Source of the DNA: Botryllus schlosseri
Lineage: Eukaryota
Reading direction: 5' to 3'
Length of the DNA: 64,000 nucleotides
Assembly (NCBI GenBank): GCA_051294905.1
Contig: CM119380.1
Span: 18,848,001 to 18,912,000, forward strand
Shown here: positions 25,296-37,900 of the stretch, in pieces
How the letters are laid out: each line of letters begins with the position of its first letter
Numbering within the stretch: the first letter of the stretch is position 1
The notes under the pieces: model-generated
Database searches by the model: none
What the model was told of the DNA's origin: nothing
What the model saw: only the letters and a program-made list of their open reading frames with translations
Program-made: the position numbers and the translations under genes

Positions 25296-28200
25296 TCAAG
25301 GAAAAGAGAGGAGTATGCCTAAATGTGATGCGTATAAATGTGTTCAGGTATTTTCATCTCTCTGTTATAACTTCGCGTTTCGTCATCGGGTATCAAATGT
25401 ACCAGCACTTGTTCTATCTTGCTCTCAAATTCGCGCCAACACCATTCCAGTCAGCTGCTAACTTTTCACGAGCGAAATGTTGACACATAATACGTTTCAT
25501 CAACAGAAAACCGCCTTTCATTCGCGGCTATTGGGACATAAGGACCCACGCCTCACAACAATGTGTGCCCATAAAAGAAAATGAGATGAAAGGGGGCGGT
25601 ACACGTTTGTTTCTGGCTGGACCCCTCGATCTCATTCGATAACCACGCAAAAAAGTTTCCAACTGTCGACTTTAGGACCGAACTACGGGACAGTCCGCTT
25701 TGCTGAGTCTTTACTCTATACTGTAGTTCCAAATGTGTAGCGGTCGTATTAGAATTATTATATTATGATCAGCCAACCGCGTCGCGAGGGTGATAACGCT
25801 AAGTGGTTACATGGGATGATCATTGCTCATGTCATATCTCTCGGTGACATGAAATGGAGGTAAGAATGTTTGAACGACACAGGCGAGCAAACGATCCAAA
25901 CGAGTTCGACTGATCGCGCTTCGGCCAAGCGCACTCAACGAACGTGTGAACTGCGTAATGATGTAATAAAATGTTTCCCTTGTTGAAAGATCGCCCTTAT
26001 TGTGAAGTTTCGACGATAAATCAGCGAGATTGCAATTTAATAAGTCTCCCGTGGCGTTCTCCGGATCGCCATGGACAAAGCCCCCTGTTTTCGCAATGCA
26101 ATCTTGGCGTGCCGCGCCGATACGAATACGAGCAGTTACTGCCAGCGAGATGTCACGTTGCTTTACAATTTAGTGTAATTCGAGCAATATTAAAAATATG
26201 ATTGAGGAAGTAACGCGGGGTAGATATATCGCGATGGGGATATTGTGAGCAGCACCGTACTTGTCGGATACAGACGGAGGATTAATACGTTGGAGAAGGA
26301 TGCCGGCGTTGATATGTTTGATACTATTGCTATGCAACGGATATGCGATTTCCGAAGATCTTCTACAACTCCCACCTGCAAAACGTCTGGGTGAGTCGAT
26401 ATTATGCTATTGCATTTGACGCGTCTTTTTTTTAACGCAAGGATATCAATAAAGAATATCCGCTATAAATAATGAGTACGCGCTACGATGCTGTTTGGAC
26501 AATGGACAGGACAGGTTTGCTTTTACCGTACTTCGCATATGTCGCAACTATCTTGCGCGTGTTTTTCGGCCGACAACTTTTCCCAAATGGTTCTGCAGAT
26601 CTGTGTGAACAGTGTTTTGCCCAAGCGCCGCCGTGTCGTGTTAATCTGAAACGTCTTTATTCCGAGTTTTTACATGGTTAGCGTACAAGAAATAACAATC
26701 CCGCGACACACGGTTTCAATGCGTCGCATTTCTTTCTCTACTAGGGCGGGAGTGGGGTGCCATTCAATTCGCTCTTTTTCGTTTTGTCTTGCTGAAGGGA
26801 TGGTTGATTACGCGAGTTGTAAATAACGCTTTTATGTCGCCGACTATCGTGAAAATGACAAATGAGCTTTGCCGTGGTGCCGCAGCGTGATTTAAATCAC
26901 CGAACGAATCCAGACACCGCGTAATTTTTGGAGAGGATTTGATTCGTAAATCCTAGTAACACCTCCAGCAGTGAACGCTATAACGAGTACGTGGACCAGG
27001 ACGTTCTATGCCGTAAAGAAGTATCGTTGGCCGTCGACTCAGTCCCTGATTTGACCATCGGCGCTGGGTATTTACAATAGCGGTTTTTTCTAGTCAAGCC
27101 GGCTCTGATATAGCAACGGCTTCGGAAAATTGTGATTCTCAATTTGCTACCGACAGCATTTAGTCACGGTTGGCATCATATTGTGTGCGCACATTTAGTA
27201 CAGAGATACACATGCTTATAGATTGCTCAGATATTACGATTCTCTCAATCTCAATAGAATTGGTCATTTCGTAAATGGGCCAAATTTTCGATGCATTGAC
27301 CGCATCTGCATCAATTGAGGAAATCAAGGTCAAGGAAACTTCCCAGGCTTCATACATGTGACTGAATTATTGCGACTTTGAACCCTTTGAGTAAATGAAT
27401 GCGAATTCATCTGCGTATGCACTATGCAGTTGCTAATGCTACGAAACGTTATTGCGAAGCATTTAAAATAGTAGTTCTCAAACTTTTTTTTAGAGACGCT
27501 CCTCTTTATGATAGTGAAAAATTTCGCGCCCCCTTATCGTCATATCACAAAATGCAACCAGAATGCTAGCAATCCCAACGGATAGTAGATGGCATTGAAG
27601 GTTGGGACTGTTGATGAGATAATTCTCAAATATGAAATTAGGACTATACACAGAACAACAAGTATGACTTAGGGGTAAATCGCGTCGCGCGCGAAATAAA
27701 TTACCAGTTGATCGCAGCTTTGCGCCCCTTCAAATGATTTCGCGCCCCTTCGCCTGTGGTGCGTATACGGGATGTGTAATTCGCGTGGCGTGTTCTATCT
27801 GTGGCTCGGTATGCGGTTGTGTTTGATCAATGGCAATGAATATTTTGATGCTGCTTTGTATGAGCGACCATGTCGTTTTTATTCATCCTAATAAGAGGCT
27901 CGTTGAAAAATTTTAGGATATTGAACGTGGCGCCCGGCTTTGTACCTTTGACAACTATTTAGATTGCGCCATTCACGGGATCATGTGATCTTTCTAAGAC
28001 CAACGGATTATCGCTTGTCGGAATTAAGGCGCTCCGCGAATTTAATAAGAAAGAAAACACTTTGGTCGCGTTTTATGGGATAGACAATATGGAATGCCAT
28101 TGAAATGGGGATCCAAGTTTGGGAGGGATAATCGTGTCATTTTTGTTATTGTGTGCGGTCGCTTCTCAGGTTTGAAGATACGAGTGTGGTTGAAATACAT

Positions 28201-30228
28201 CGGACAATCGCCGCTACAGTGTAAACTGTGCGCCTATCGACGCATAACATTGTCTTTTTGTGGTTTTACCATTCTCAATTTCGAAAGGATATCAATCTGT
28301 TGTAGGCCACGCAATATCGCATCGCCGCGCTATATTCAAGAGGGCGCATAAGTGCACCCTGTTGTGACATTTCACAACGTGTGGACTTCATTCTAGCATA
28401 ATCCGATATACTTAAACCGCGTGTGGTTAACGTCACTCGAAGACTTGACACTCCGGCGGACTTGTCATATCGCGAGCCGTATTTGTTTCCAGTAAATAAT
28501 TGTGTCTTTGAAGGATTGTATATAAACAGTGTATCTGTACGCTCTCTTGAAATGTATTCCTCTTATCTGTTCGCACAGGGAATACAAGTCACTCGTAAGA
28601 TTGAATTAGTTGTGTAATGTGGCTTATCAGTGGTGACTTAAAGTTTAATTGCTCATAGTATTTCAACCGTTGCTAACTTGAACAAGACAGATACGTCGAC
28701 GCAAAAACGCTTATCTATTTCAGAGCGGCATTCTCTCAATTAGGTGAAGCCAATATTAAAGTATTCCAAAAACCTGATATATAGCCCACATCATGAAATA
28801 TATGCGGACCTTGATATTAGCGTTACTTGTTGACAATAAAAATTGCGAGGATGATTATCCGATTCCTTGTTCAACCAGCACATGTTTTGGTCCCTTTTAC
28901 TTTTCGTCAACCATAGCGACTCAAGTAGCGCCCCTCTAAAAACATCAACACCCCGAAGAAAATCTGATGCGTGCCGTTATATGTTTTCACTTTGTCATCA
29001 TGTATTAACGATCGCGCTCGGCGATATTATCATGTGATTAAGCGATTCCTTGTTTCCGTAGCGGCGCAAATCAAACGAAATTCCGCTGGCGAGATTATGG
29101 TCCCATGGGGTCGGTAGGATGACGTATTTGTGGGTTGTTCACGTAATATTTCCGTTGTCGCGCGTTCCGCGATCCAATTATGTTACTTTTTGTACATGGG
29201 GATGTCTGGGTAGCCGGATAAAAATGACACTCGACAAATAAGGCTCTGTGTCGCTTCGCCCCATTTGAAGATTCCACCTCTAATCATTATTGGTTACTGT
29301 CAGGACGTGACAGATCGTTCGAAGAGAAGTTTTCTCTGATTGATTGCCTCTTTTCGCCAATTCAACAGCTTACCTCATTAAGATGCGAATGTGTTGATTC
29401 CATTGGTGTCCTATGGTAGCCCAATCAGAAATAGGCGTGGTCAGGATGGAAATTGGAGACGTGCGCATTCTTTTACATATTGACATGGCGTCACGAATGT
29501 CTATTGTGACGCAGTATGACAAAATTACATTATACAATTATCATGTCGCAACTTCGTATACGGGATCTCGATTCTTGAATGGGCGAAATGTTACTCTCTT
29601 GCCGTCATGAAGCAGCTACACTTGATGTCGCTGAACTACGGCCCGTTACAATATTTTGTGCGGTACGCGAAAGTTTATCAAGCATAAAATGAAATTGAAT
29701 GAGAAATAGAATCACTCCAACGACTAGTTTTACGATGTAGTGGATTGTTTTCCAATTGCTGTTGCAATAATCCGACCATGGCGATGACATATTTCAAACT
29801 TCTTCAGTCGCTATGTAGTCAGTCAAAACTGAATTTTATGATTTCGCAGCACAAGTGGAATTCTGATTGAATAGTATATTCATACTGTAATGAACCCGAA
29901 TATTTTCGACTGACACGTCAGGTTCATTTCAATATGAATATACTATTCAATTGTATACATAAAGTTCTTCACCTCCGAGAAGCTCTTCAAGTTGGATTCT
30001 ATAGTTTAGAACAATAGACTAAAACTATCGGTATTTTATTTAGCCAAACAAAGCTAGTCATTGCCAGAGGTGGAATGACACTTCTACTTCTACAGAACAG
30101 TATCCAGTTTATTAGGAAACCTAGGCCTACCATACGTACTCATTTACGTACTTATACAAATACCTGCTTCTGCTCGTACTTGAGTAAAAATTAACGATGT
30201 TGCTTATACTTCTACTGCGTAATAGTAC

Positions 30229-31490
30229 CAGAGGTTTTCAAAGTAGTCAAGAACGCTACTCGAGTAGAAGTAGAAGTAGCGACGAAAAAATCTGCTCAAG
30301 TACGGGTAGAAGCATTTCTTCCATCAGCCACCTAAAACTACTTGAAGTAGAGGTAGAACTGACTGACTTTAAATCTGCTCAAGTAAATAAGTAGTTTTGA
30401 AAACGGTCGCAATTCGTTCGCATGGACTGTCAAGAGCTGCAAATTGAGCTATGCGGGAGGTGCAGAGAGCTTGATTCGTATCGATGCATCCCAGGAGGTA
30501 TCAATTTTCGACAAAATAAGCATCGTCCTCATCATGGGATGCAAACTATAGCATTGATATGAAAATGAGATACTAACCCTTTGTTTACTCGAACACCCAG
30601 TCTTACAAAATAGCATGACATGGCGCCCTACCTCAAATTAGTATAAGGCCCCTAAAGTTTAGGCGAAGAGCAATACGGAGAAGTTGTATCGGATACGGTT
30701 TCAAAATTTTTGCGCGATTACTATACGTTGTTGAAAAATATGGTGGATCGTAAGATTGTATATAGTGGAGGTTTATTTTCGGAAAATAGAAGCATTACTT
30801 GCTTTTATACCTTAGGATGTATGTTCTGCGGACAAAAAAACTGAAATTAATTAAAACTCAAAGTATGATACTCGGGTTGAAAGAGAAATACGAAAAAGCG
30901 GAAAATATATTTTTCTCGTCTTTTTTCCAGAAATATGGTCTGCTAAAACACGTGTAACGTTTAAAAAAGCCGGAGTCCACTTTTCCAGATTTGGACACGT
31001 CATGGGCTGCTAGCGTACGATATTATAGGCAGTTGCTAGATTGCGAAACGGAAGTTTCAAGCGTTATGGTGGGCCATATTTACTGTGATGAAATATTTGA
31101 AACGGGCGACAATGCTGTGTGAGCGGAGCCGCGCCATCCGGTGCTTAATTTATATTCACCGATACCTTCGTGAAAACATATTTTTGACAGTCTAAAACTA
31201 CTGTGCGCGAAGCACAACAAAAGTTGTGGGTTTTACTTGACTCTTATGAAAATTAAATGTTGGTACTCCGTGAAAACAGCCCCGAAATTCGTCAGGCTAT
31301 CTTTCTTATTGGAGGATTACACTACTTCTACTTCACAAACTGAAAATAGCAAAAAGTAAGTAAGTAAATCACACGATATTACGTAGTAGAAGTAGCGAAA
31401 ATCAGATCTACTTGAGTAAGTACTAGAAGTAGAGGAAAATTACTTTGGTACTTCAAAAAAGTAGAAGTACTTCGTTACTGACCACCTCTG
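30229..31490 (+). mobile_element. Full-length CAGAGGTGG-family hAT-type non-autonomous element
   Basis: Ends CAGAGGTTTTCA / TGACCACCTCTG; perfect 8-bp TSD AATAGTAC at 30221-30228 and 31491-31498; AGTAGAAGT subterminal repeats. Confidence 0.9.
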
Positions 31491-31529
31491 AATAGTACTT
31501 TGAAAACCACGAGTGTTACTGGATTTAAC

Positions 31530-31800
31530 ATTGGTGTGAGTGCTGAGTATGTTCTGTTTAGTAAACCTTCTTCATAGCGTTTAAGTTCAATGCCATTAAA
31601 AAGCGAATAGTTGAAGATGAATCTTTTATTCCAGAGCTTCCCAAACTTTTTGCCCGTGATACATTTATACTCCTCAAATTTAGCTCGACACGTCACGGTT
31701 AATCCGATAAACAGCTCGGAATACAAAAGTATTTCAAATGATTGCTGCAACGAGAATAATGCTGCTAACATGTCCTTTTTGGAAGACCCAAGACTCTCGC
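31530..31800 (-). pseudogene. Possible hAT transposase C-terminal dimerisation-domain relic
   Basis: DMLAALFSLQQSFEILLYSELFIGLTVTCRAKFEEYKCITGKKFGKL follows the hATC spacing F-x5-I-x2-K-x3-(R/K)L; lies in older AGTAG-rich repeat sequence. Confidence 0.4.
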
Positions 31801-34321
31801 TTCAGACTCCGCTTGTCAACATTATACGACACATCAAATGAATGGTTGAGTGTAGTGCAGTATAAAGCAGACATTCACAACACGGAAAGTTGTAACGTTC
31901 ATAATAAGGAAATCAAGTACATGTCCTGAAAATCCGTGATTCTATACTTGAAATTGAGTAGAAATTTGCGGTAGCGATACTTCTACACTTCTTGTTCTTG
32001 TATATCACCAATGCCTAGTTTGATCACTTCTGAAGTGTAATAGTCGATACGTGAATGCGACAGTTCATATGAATTAACGAGTCGGATTTCGGAATGACTA
32101 TAGATAGCATACCTGTTGAAGTAGAAGTAATATACTAACAAAACTACCTAAGTAAGTGAAACAAGTTTGATAGAAACTCGATAAGGGGACGATGTGTCTG
32201 AAATTTTTTGGAACCCCGGCCTATACTATCGTTCGGCCCGGGAAAAGAATCAGATTCAAAATGTGGCTCATGAATGTAGCCTGCGCCGATTCGCCATGTA
32301 AACGATGTTTGTATTCGTTCGGTCACGTCTAGTCGCCTTTCGAGCTCTAGCAGTAACAGTTCTGACCGAGAATCACCCTAACGCAACATCGTATTCCAGT
32401 TTCTCAACGTTACCTCAATATACGCACGTTTTCTTGTTGAGTTTCTCCATTGTGACAAACGTGCGGTTTAGTATGAAACAGCCTAAAATACCGCAATTGT
32501 TAGCCCTAGGTTTGTGTGCCCACAACCGGGCAATGAACCCGATATTACCTTTGCGAAGATATTTGTGTAAATAACAAGGTTTCAATATATATAACGGCAC
32601 GTGTGGCTCACGCGTCCTGATGGATATGGGAATAAGCAATTGTGTATTCATTGCATCCGAGGATTTAGTAGTTAAAAAGTATCATTACGACATAGCGGTT
32701 GGTATAATTCTAATTAAAATATTACAGGAATCTATTTCCGCATCCGGTCTTCATCGTGTTCATTTAAGTATACTACAACATTTTAACTGTTACGCTATAA
32801 TCATTCCTGAAATTGTTTCCTTACACCTCTATATCATACAATGAATTGCTTATGCTTTACAAGATGAGGGGTATCAGTTTATGTTTGCTTAACCTACGCC
32901 TAATTAAAGCGTTTGGCTTGCTTTTCATGTCGCCATAATAAAATAAATGGTTGTCTGGGGTGAGGCGACATGTCCGTACGAAAAGTGTCGTGTGCTGTGA
33001 AGAATAGGACTCATTGTATATTGGCATGTCATTATAGAATACAGTTGTATACGGCGAGTTGGAATAAATTCATGTTGGAAGCGTGGCGTGTCTTAGCGGT
33101 ATTAACTCCATCCTTAGTAAGAGTATTATTTGGATATTGTTGCGAGGGTGGAGAGTGGCAATAAAGTATTATTTGACTGTGAGCGCTGGGGTTGAAAAAA
33201 GGTGACGGTCTGAAGTATGTTCGTACTTGGGGTACGCTATTCTTTTAGCAGAGTCGTAGACTTGGAATTGAATTTATGGTACGGAACGACAAGTCCGGAT
33301 TATAGTACGCGTTCAAAGGATACGCCGTCGTTCTTTACAAACCCATTGCCACGGTTGAAAGAATCGGGACATAAACGGCTTCCCGTTTCTTATGTTTGGA
33401 CTCTGTTCATATGTTGGTAATAATGGGTAAAGGTGTGGTGACAATTCCTCAGCCGATAGCGCAACGCTGCGGAAGCCGGATGTTTTGTCCAGCCTATGGC
33501 TCGGAACTGGGTATTTCGTACGGCTTAACGTCACGACACTATAAATACAGAACTATGACGCAATGTAGAATGCGCTGAAATGCGCAGCAGTTATGACTGG
33601 CAGGGGCAGTGTTATGTCGCGTTAAAATTATTGATCTGTTGTGGTTGGGCGTAGAAGACCAATTAGGGTTGTTAATGAGACTTTATAAGTTACAAGAATG
33701 CGCCGTGAAGGGTTGTTGAGATGCCCTGAAGAGGTCATTGTCCTTCGAGCCTGACGGATATTTGCGGTCCGAGACGACAGTCTTGTCACCTCGCTGACAT
33801 ATTTGCGGTGTGGAGGAGACATCTGATATAGACCTCATTTTGGAAGGCATATTTTCCAGAAGTAATCCTGACTTTTGGGACGTGGCATATTTGTAGCAGG
33901 TGGTCTCGAAATAACTCCGAAATTATAGATCGACGCCAGCATTCATATCTCGCCGACTTTGAATTTGTAGCGGAAGAGAGATTTAACCGATGTGCGTGTG
34001 CGTACGCGAGTTCAAGTCTGAGGCGGAAGAAATCTGCTTGCCCCACGTTTATGTCAGTTGTATCGTTTGTGTTGGAAGCAATAGTGAAGTGTATTCGGTG
34101 GACGTAGAATACCAGGAGAGGTGTGATGGAATTAATGCACGTTTGTGGTGGAGTATAGCGTTGGAGGTTAAATTTTGCTATTTGTTTAGCGTCTGCGACT
34201 AAGTACGTTAGTACCTTAAGTTTTGATGTACGAGCAGCTGGGTCGACAAATGCCGCTCCACGTCGCACTGTCCTTGACAAAAAGAGCAATCGAGGACGAA
34301 ATCCTACACCGTTAGACGATT

Positions 34322-34949
34322 ATGTCACAGATTTGCGATCGAATTAGAGACAGGAGGTCGCCATGCCATCACGCGAATGCGACTGGATGTGGCAGTGAGA
34401 CCTCAGATCGTGTCGCGGACCAGCGCCGAATTTGTTCAGGCTATTGGGACTTAATTAGAGCGTTTCTTTTGACCCGGTGGGAAGGAAAAGAACAGACCAC
34501 GGGAAAATCAATCGCGGCCGTAATGAATGGCAATTCCGCTACTCCGCGCATTCTTCGACACATCACTCACGGGGGTAGTCACAAAGGTATCGCGAACCCT
34601 TGCTACTGTGCGCGACAGCATTTCCAACTTGCTACAAAGCCGGAAAAGTGTCTTCGTCCGTATCGTGTTACTAAATATACGGATAGCGGCGATAGCACCG
34701 AAAGTCCGTGTGTTTTCAGCTGCGCCGAACGGCGACCGCGCGCTAATCCGACAAGCCTGCGCAAATTGCACAAACATAGATCGGTTAATCTACGGCTTCT
34801 GATTTATTGCGCTGGTTTCATCATGTTGATTCTGTTCGGGCCCGCTCAAGCTAACAGATCGCGCAGAAAAAAGGATATGACAAATGGGTCGGCTCGAAGT
34901 TACCATGATGTAGCTATGCCGATGTTTCCCAACGCCGGATCCAATCCAG
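34322..34949 (+). CDS. LAMA1/2: Laminin alpha exon 1: long open leader plus hydrophobic signal/anchor [21 protein letters not shown]
   Basis: Open frame from ATG 34322 (further in-frame ATGs at 34523 and 34823); donor ccag|gtatac is phase 1 and matches the phase-1 acceptor at 37857, joining ...[13 protein letters not shown]. Confidence 0.7.
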
Positions 34950-37900
34950 GTATACACATTTACCTACGAAATATGGCACCCAAAATTTGTATTCTGATCT
35001 TGTACGGGATGCACTATTAGGTCCAGTAGCAGGGGTAAGAATTACATAGTATCAAATGCGTCCAATGTGTAATGGTTCTTTGTGTCGTGTCACCCCTTCC
35101 AAAAGCATTGTTTAGCCGTTATCTACGTCTCATTTGTTATACTTGGGAATTGTATCGGTACAAAGGAACTTTACGCTATGTTGTATCCCTCGTAATGAAA
35201 CACATGCAATTATCGTCATAAATGATTACTCAAAGTGATGTATTTTGCCTTTGACTTTGCGATCTGCCCGTTTCTTTTATAATCCTTGATTGATTGATGG
35301 GGCGTGATAATTTTGGTTCGGTGCCACTACGTCCCAGTCGGGCATAAAAGAATCTTTCCCTTTGTATGGTATCATGCCGGCTGAATTCTTTGTCACGTGG
35401 GATATATATCTGACGTTGACCAAATATCGGCACGCCACAAGGTCTTTGAGCGTTGTGTACCCAATATGTACATAAAACGCGGAGAGGTGGGACTTGGTGA
35501 TAGAAAAAAGATAATTTCCTTCCTCGAAGTTTGATTTCCGTGCGTAATAACCAAGGCTTCTATTGGATGATGAGCCTCATTCAAGAGCCCGTGATTTACT
35601 ATGACACATACGCACAGCACAATGTGTATAGGCGTAAAAATCGGCGATTATGTCTACATTTCCTTCTTTTTAACCGTTAGCAAGAGTTTCGAATGTCTTT
35701 CAATCTATTTCATATCGTATCATGATACTTTCCCGTATTTACCGCGCATGGTCATTATGCGTACCGAGACTGGTTATCCCTTATCAAAGTAGTAATATAT
35801 TTATATAATAAGATACAATACAAAATTATGTATTTTCTGTCGCTACCACACATTACGACCTTATATACGGCTTAAAAAACTGATATACTGCTAGTTTACT
35901 GCCTGGTAGTGAAGTTTGAAGTAGATTTGTGACGGAACGAAGATTTTTTCGCTTGATGGCCGTTTATAGTCATATCTTATGCTTTTAAGGATTACCGGTG
36001 AATGTGAAACAATGAATAATCTGTTGCGGTAATGCTAATCGCGGTGCTCTTTGGTGTAGGAAAGTGCTTCATCGCGTGGGTCAACTTGAAGTAGTTCGTT
36101 GAGTTACACGCACTTTTATGTCTTAAACGGCATGACATTGCGTGCATTTTAACGTGAGAACGTTTCGCGGGATTAATACGTCACACAGCATTGATTCCGC
36201 GATATTGCAATCACCCACCGACAAATTTGAGATGGTAGGAATTACTTCTGATTTCCAATTAGATACTTTCCCACGATTCTTGAAGGTTAATAGACACTAA
36301 TGACCGTGAAGCTTTCTCACCCATTTACGGCCTATCTGTAACGAATTATTCAATTACATTATATTCTGTCAGCGTTATACTCTGCTTTGCCAGCCGCACC
36401 TAGCATTTTGAGCACCTGACATTAGTTGATCGTTGAAATCTTTGAAATAGGCTATCCTATATACATACTCTCATTCATGTGTAAATAACATGCTGGTAAA
36501 GAGTTTATGATATAGCCTAGCGCATGCATGGCGGTCATTTATCCGATATTCAAATTTCTGGTCACGGCCGATATCGGTATCCGATAATAATGACGCGGTC
36601 AACAGAAATGCTGACGAAGTAATTTGCCGGGGCTTGGTGAGAATTAGGGTTCAAAGGGGCATGAAATAGAAATACCGGTACTCCCATAGAGGGGTAGATG
36701 ATGGTACAGGATTGAAACATCTAAAAAATTCTGGTTGTCTAATTAAACTTAATGCAGCGAAATGTATGCAATCTAATATTACTATATGGCAGGTTTCTAT
36801 GCTCAAATTTCACTTGTAATCAAATTCTTAGTTCCCCTGTAAATGCTACAGGAGATCTGTATCGCGCGAAACGATCCGGGCTCGGCGTGCAGGCACTTGT
36901 CTTTCTCATACTGACGACAGTGAACTTTGATTTGATATTAATTTAGGGTTAACATAACAACATGTCCTCTATTAAGAGGATTAGTCCTCTCTTTTCAATA
37001 AATTGAAAGTATCCCCGGATGACGCCTGAAAGCCCTATTTTTGGGAATTTGTCCTCTCTTTTTTGAGTAAAAGTGATAAAATGCGATCAAAAACTCGACT
37101 CCTACGCCGTGAACGCCAGAGTTGGCAAGACAATCAACTAAAATAAACGGCGTGACGGGTATCTCGGGATTAGAGATGGGAAATGTGACTAATTAGTTTC
37201 AGTTAGCACCACAAAAGCAACGTAAAAAGCGGGGTAATTCGGGAGTCGAGTGATGTGATAACCTTTTTTTAGTCAACACAGTACCATTGGTCGAAAATTT
37301 TTCAAAATCACTAGTTGTCTTTTCCGGTACTAGATCTTTCAGAATTTCTGAAAAGTTTTTTTCGGATCTCATAATATGGTTACCCTATATGAATTGAACT
37401 TGGTTTTTGTTGTATTTCTTCCTAATTGTGAATGTAATTCAATGTCCATGTCAAGTTTTTGCGAATCCAATAATTCTAATTATATTCTAATTTAGGAAAA
37501 ACCTGTGCAGTTTTTATCTGGTTCCATAAAGCTGAAATGTTTCTAGTTGTTCAACTCTCGACGATGCAAGGCACGGATTGAATGAAATTAGGTCCCAGTG
37601 AACTTCAAATTAAAAAGTGGGCTGGCAAAATGCATTCCGTGTCAAAGTCCTTTCATGTGATGATAATAGCCTCTCGAAGCGCGCGAGAACGTGTCGTCCT
37701 GGAATGCAAACTGTTTATTACTTATACCCAAAATACTGAACGCTAGCACACACTGTTATTCCGCCTTCTCCTCCTCTTTGACCATCGGCTTGCACGGTCT
37801 CACCGTCCGCGTCTCTTTGGATTTTTACCAATCCTGCGAACGCTATTGCATTGCAGGATTATATCCATCACTAGTGAACCTAGCGGCGTCGGCGAGAATC

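Noticed and set aside
25315-25470. MPKCDAYKC resembling a THAP start
   Set aside because: The required C-x2-H-F and AVPT box are not present in frame; too weak.
31500-31550. TPMLNP resembling the olfactory-receptor TM7 motif
   Set aside because: No other GPCR helices or motifs, and the upstream part fits a hAT dimerisation domain better.
34119-34126. Perfect T-box half-site AGGTGTGA upstream of laminin exon 1
   Set aside because: About two hits of an 8-mer are expected by chance in 64 kb on both strands; no cluster seen.
33786-34289. 167-aa minus ORF divergent from laminin exon 1
   Set aside because: No recognisable domain or splice structure.
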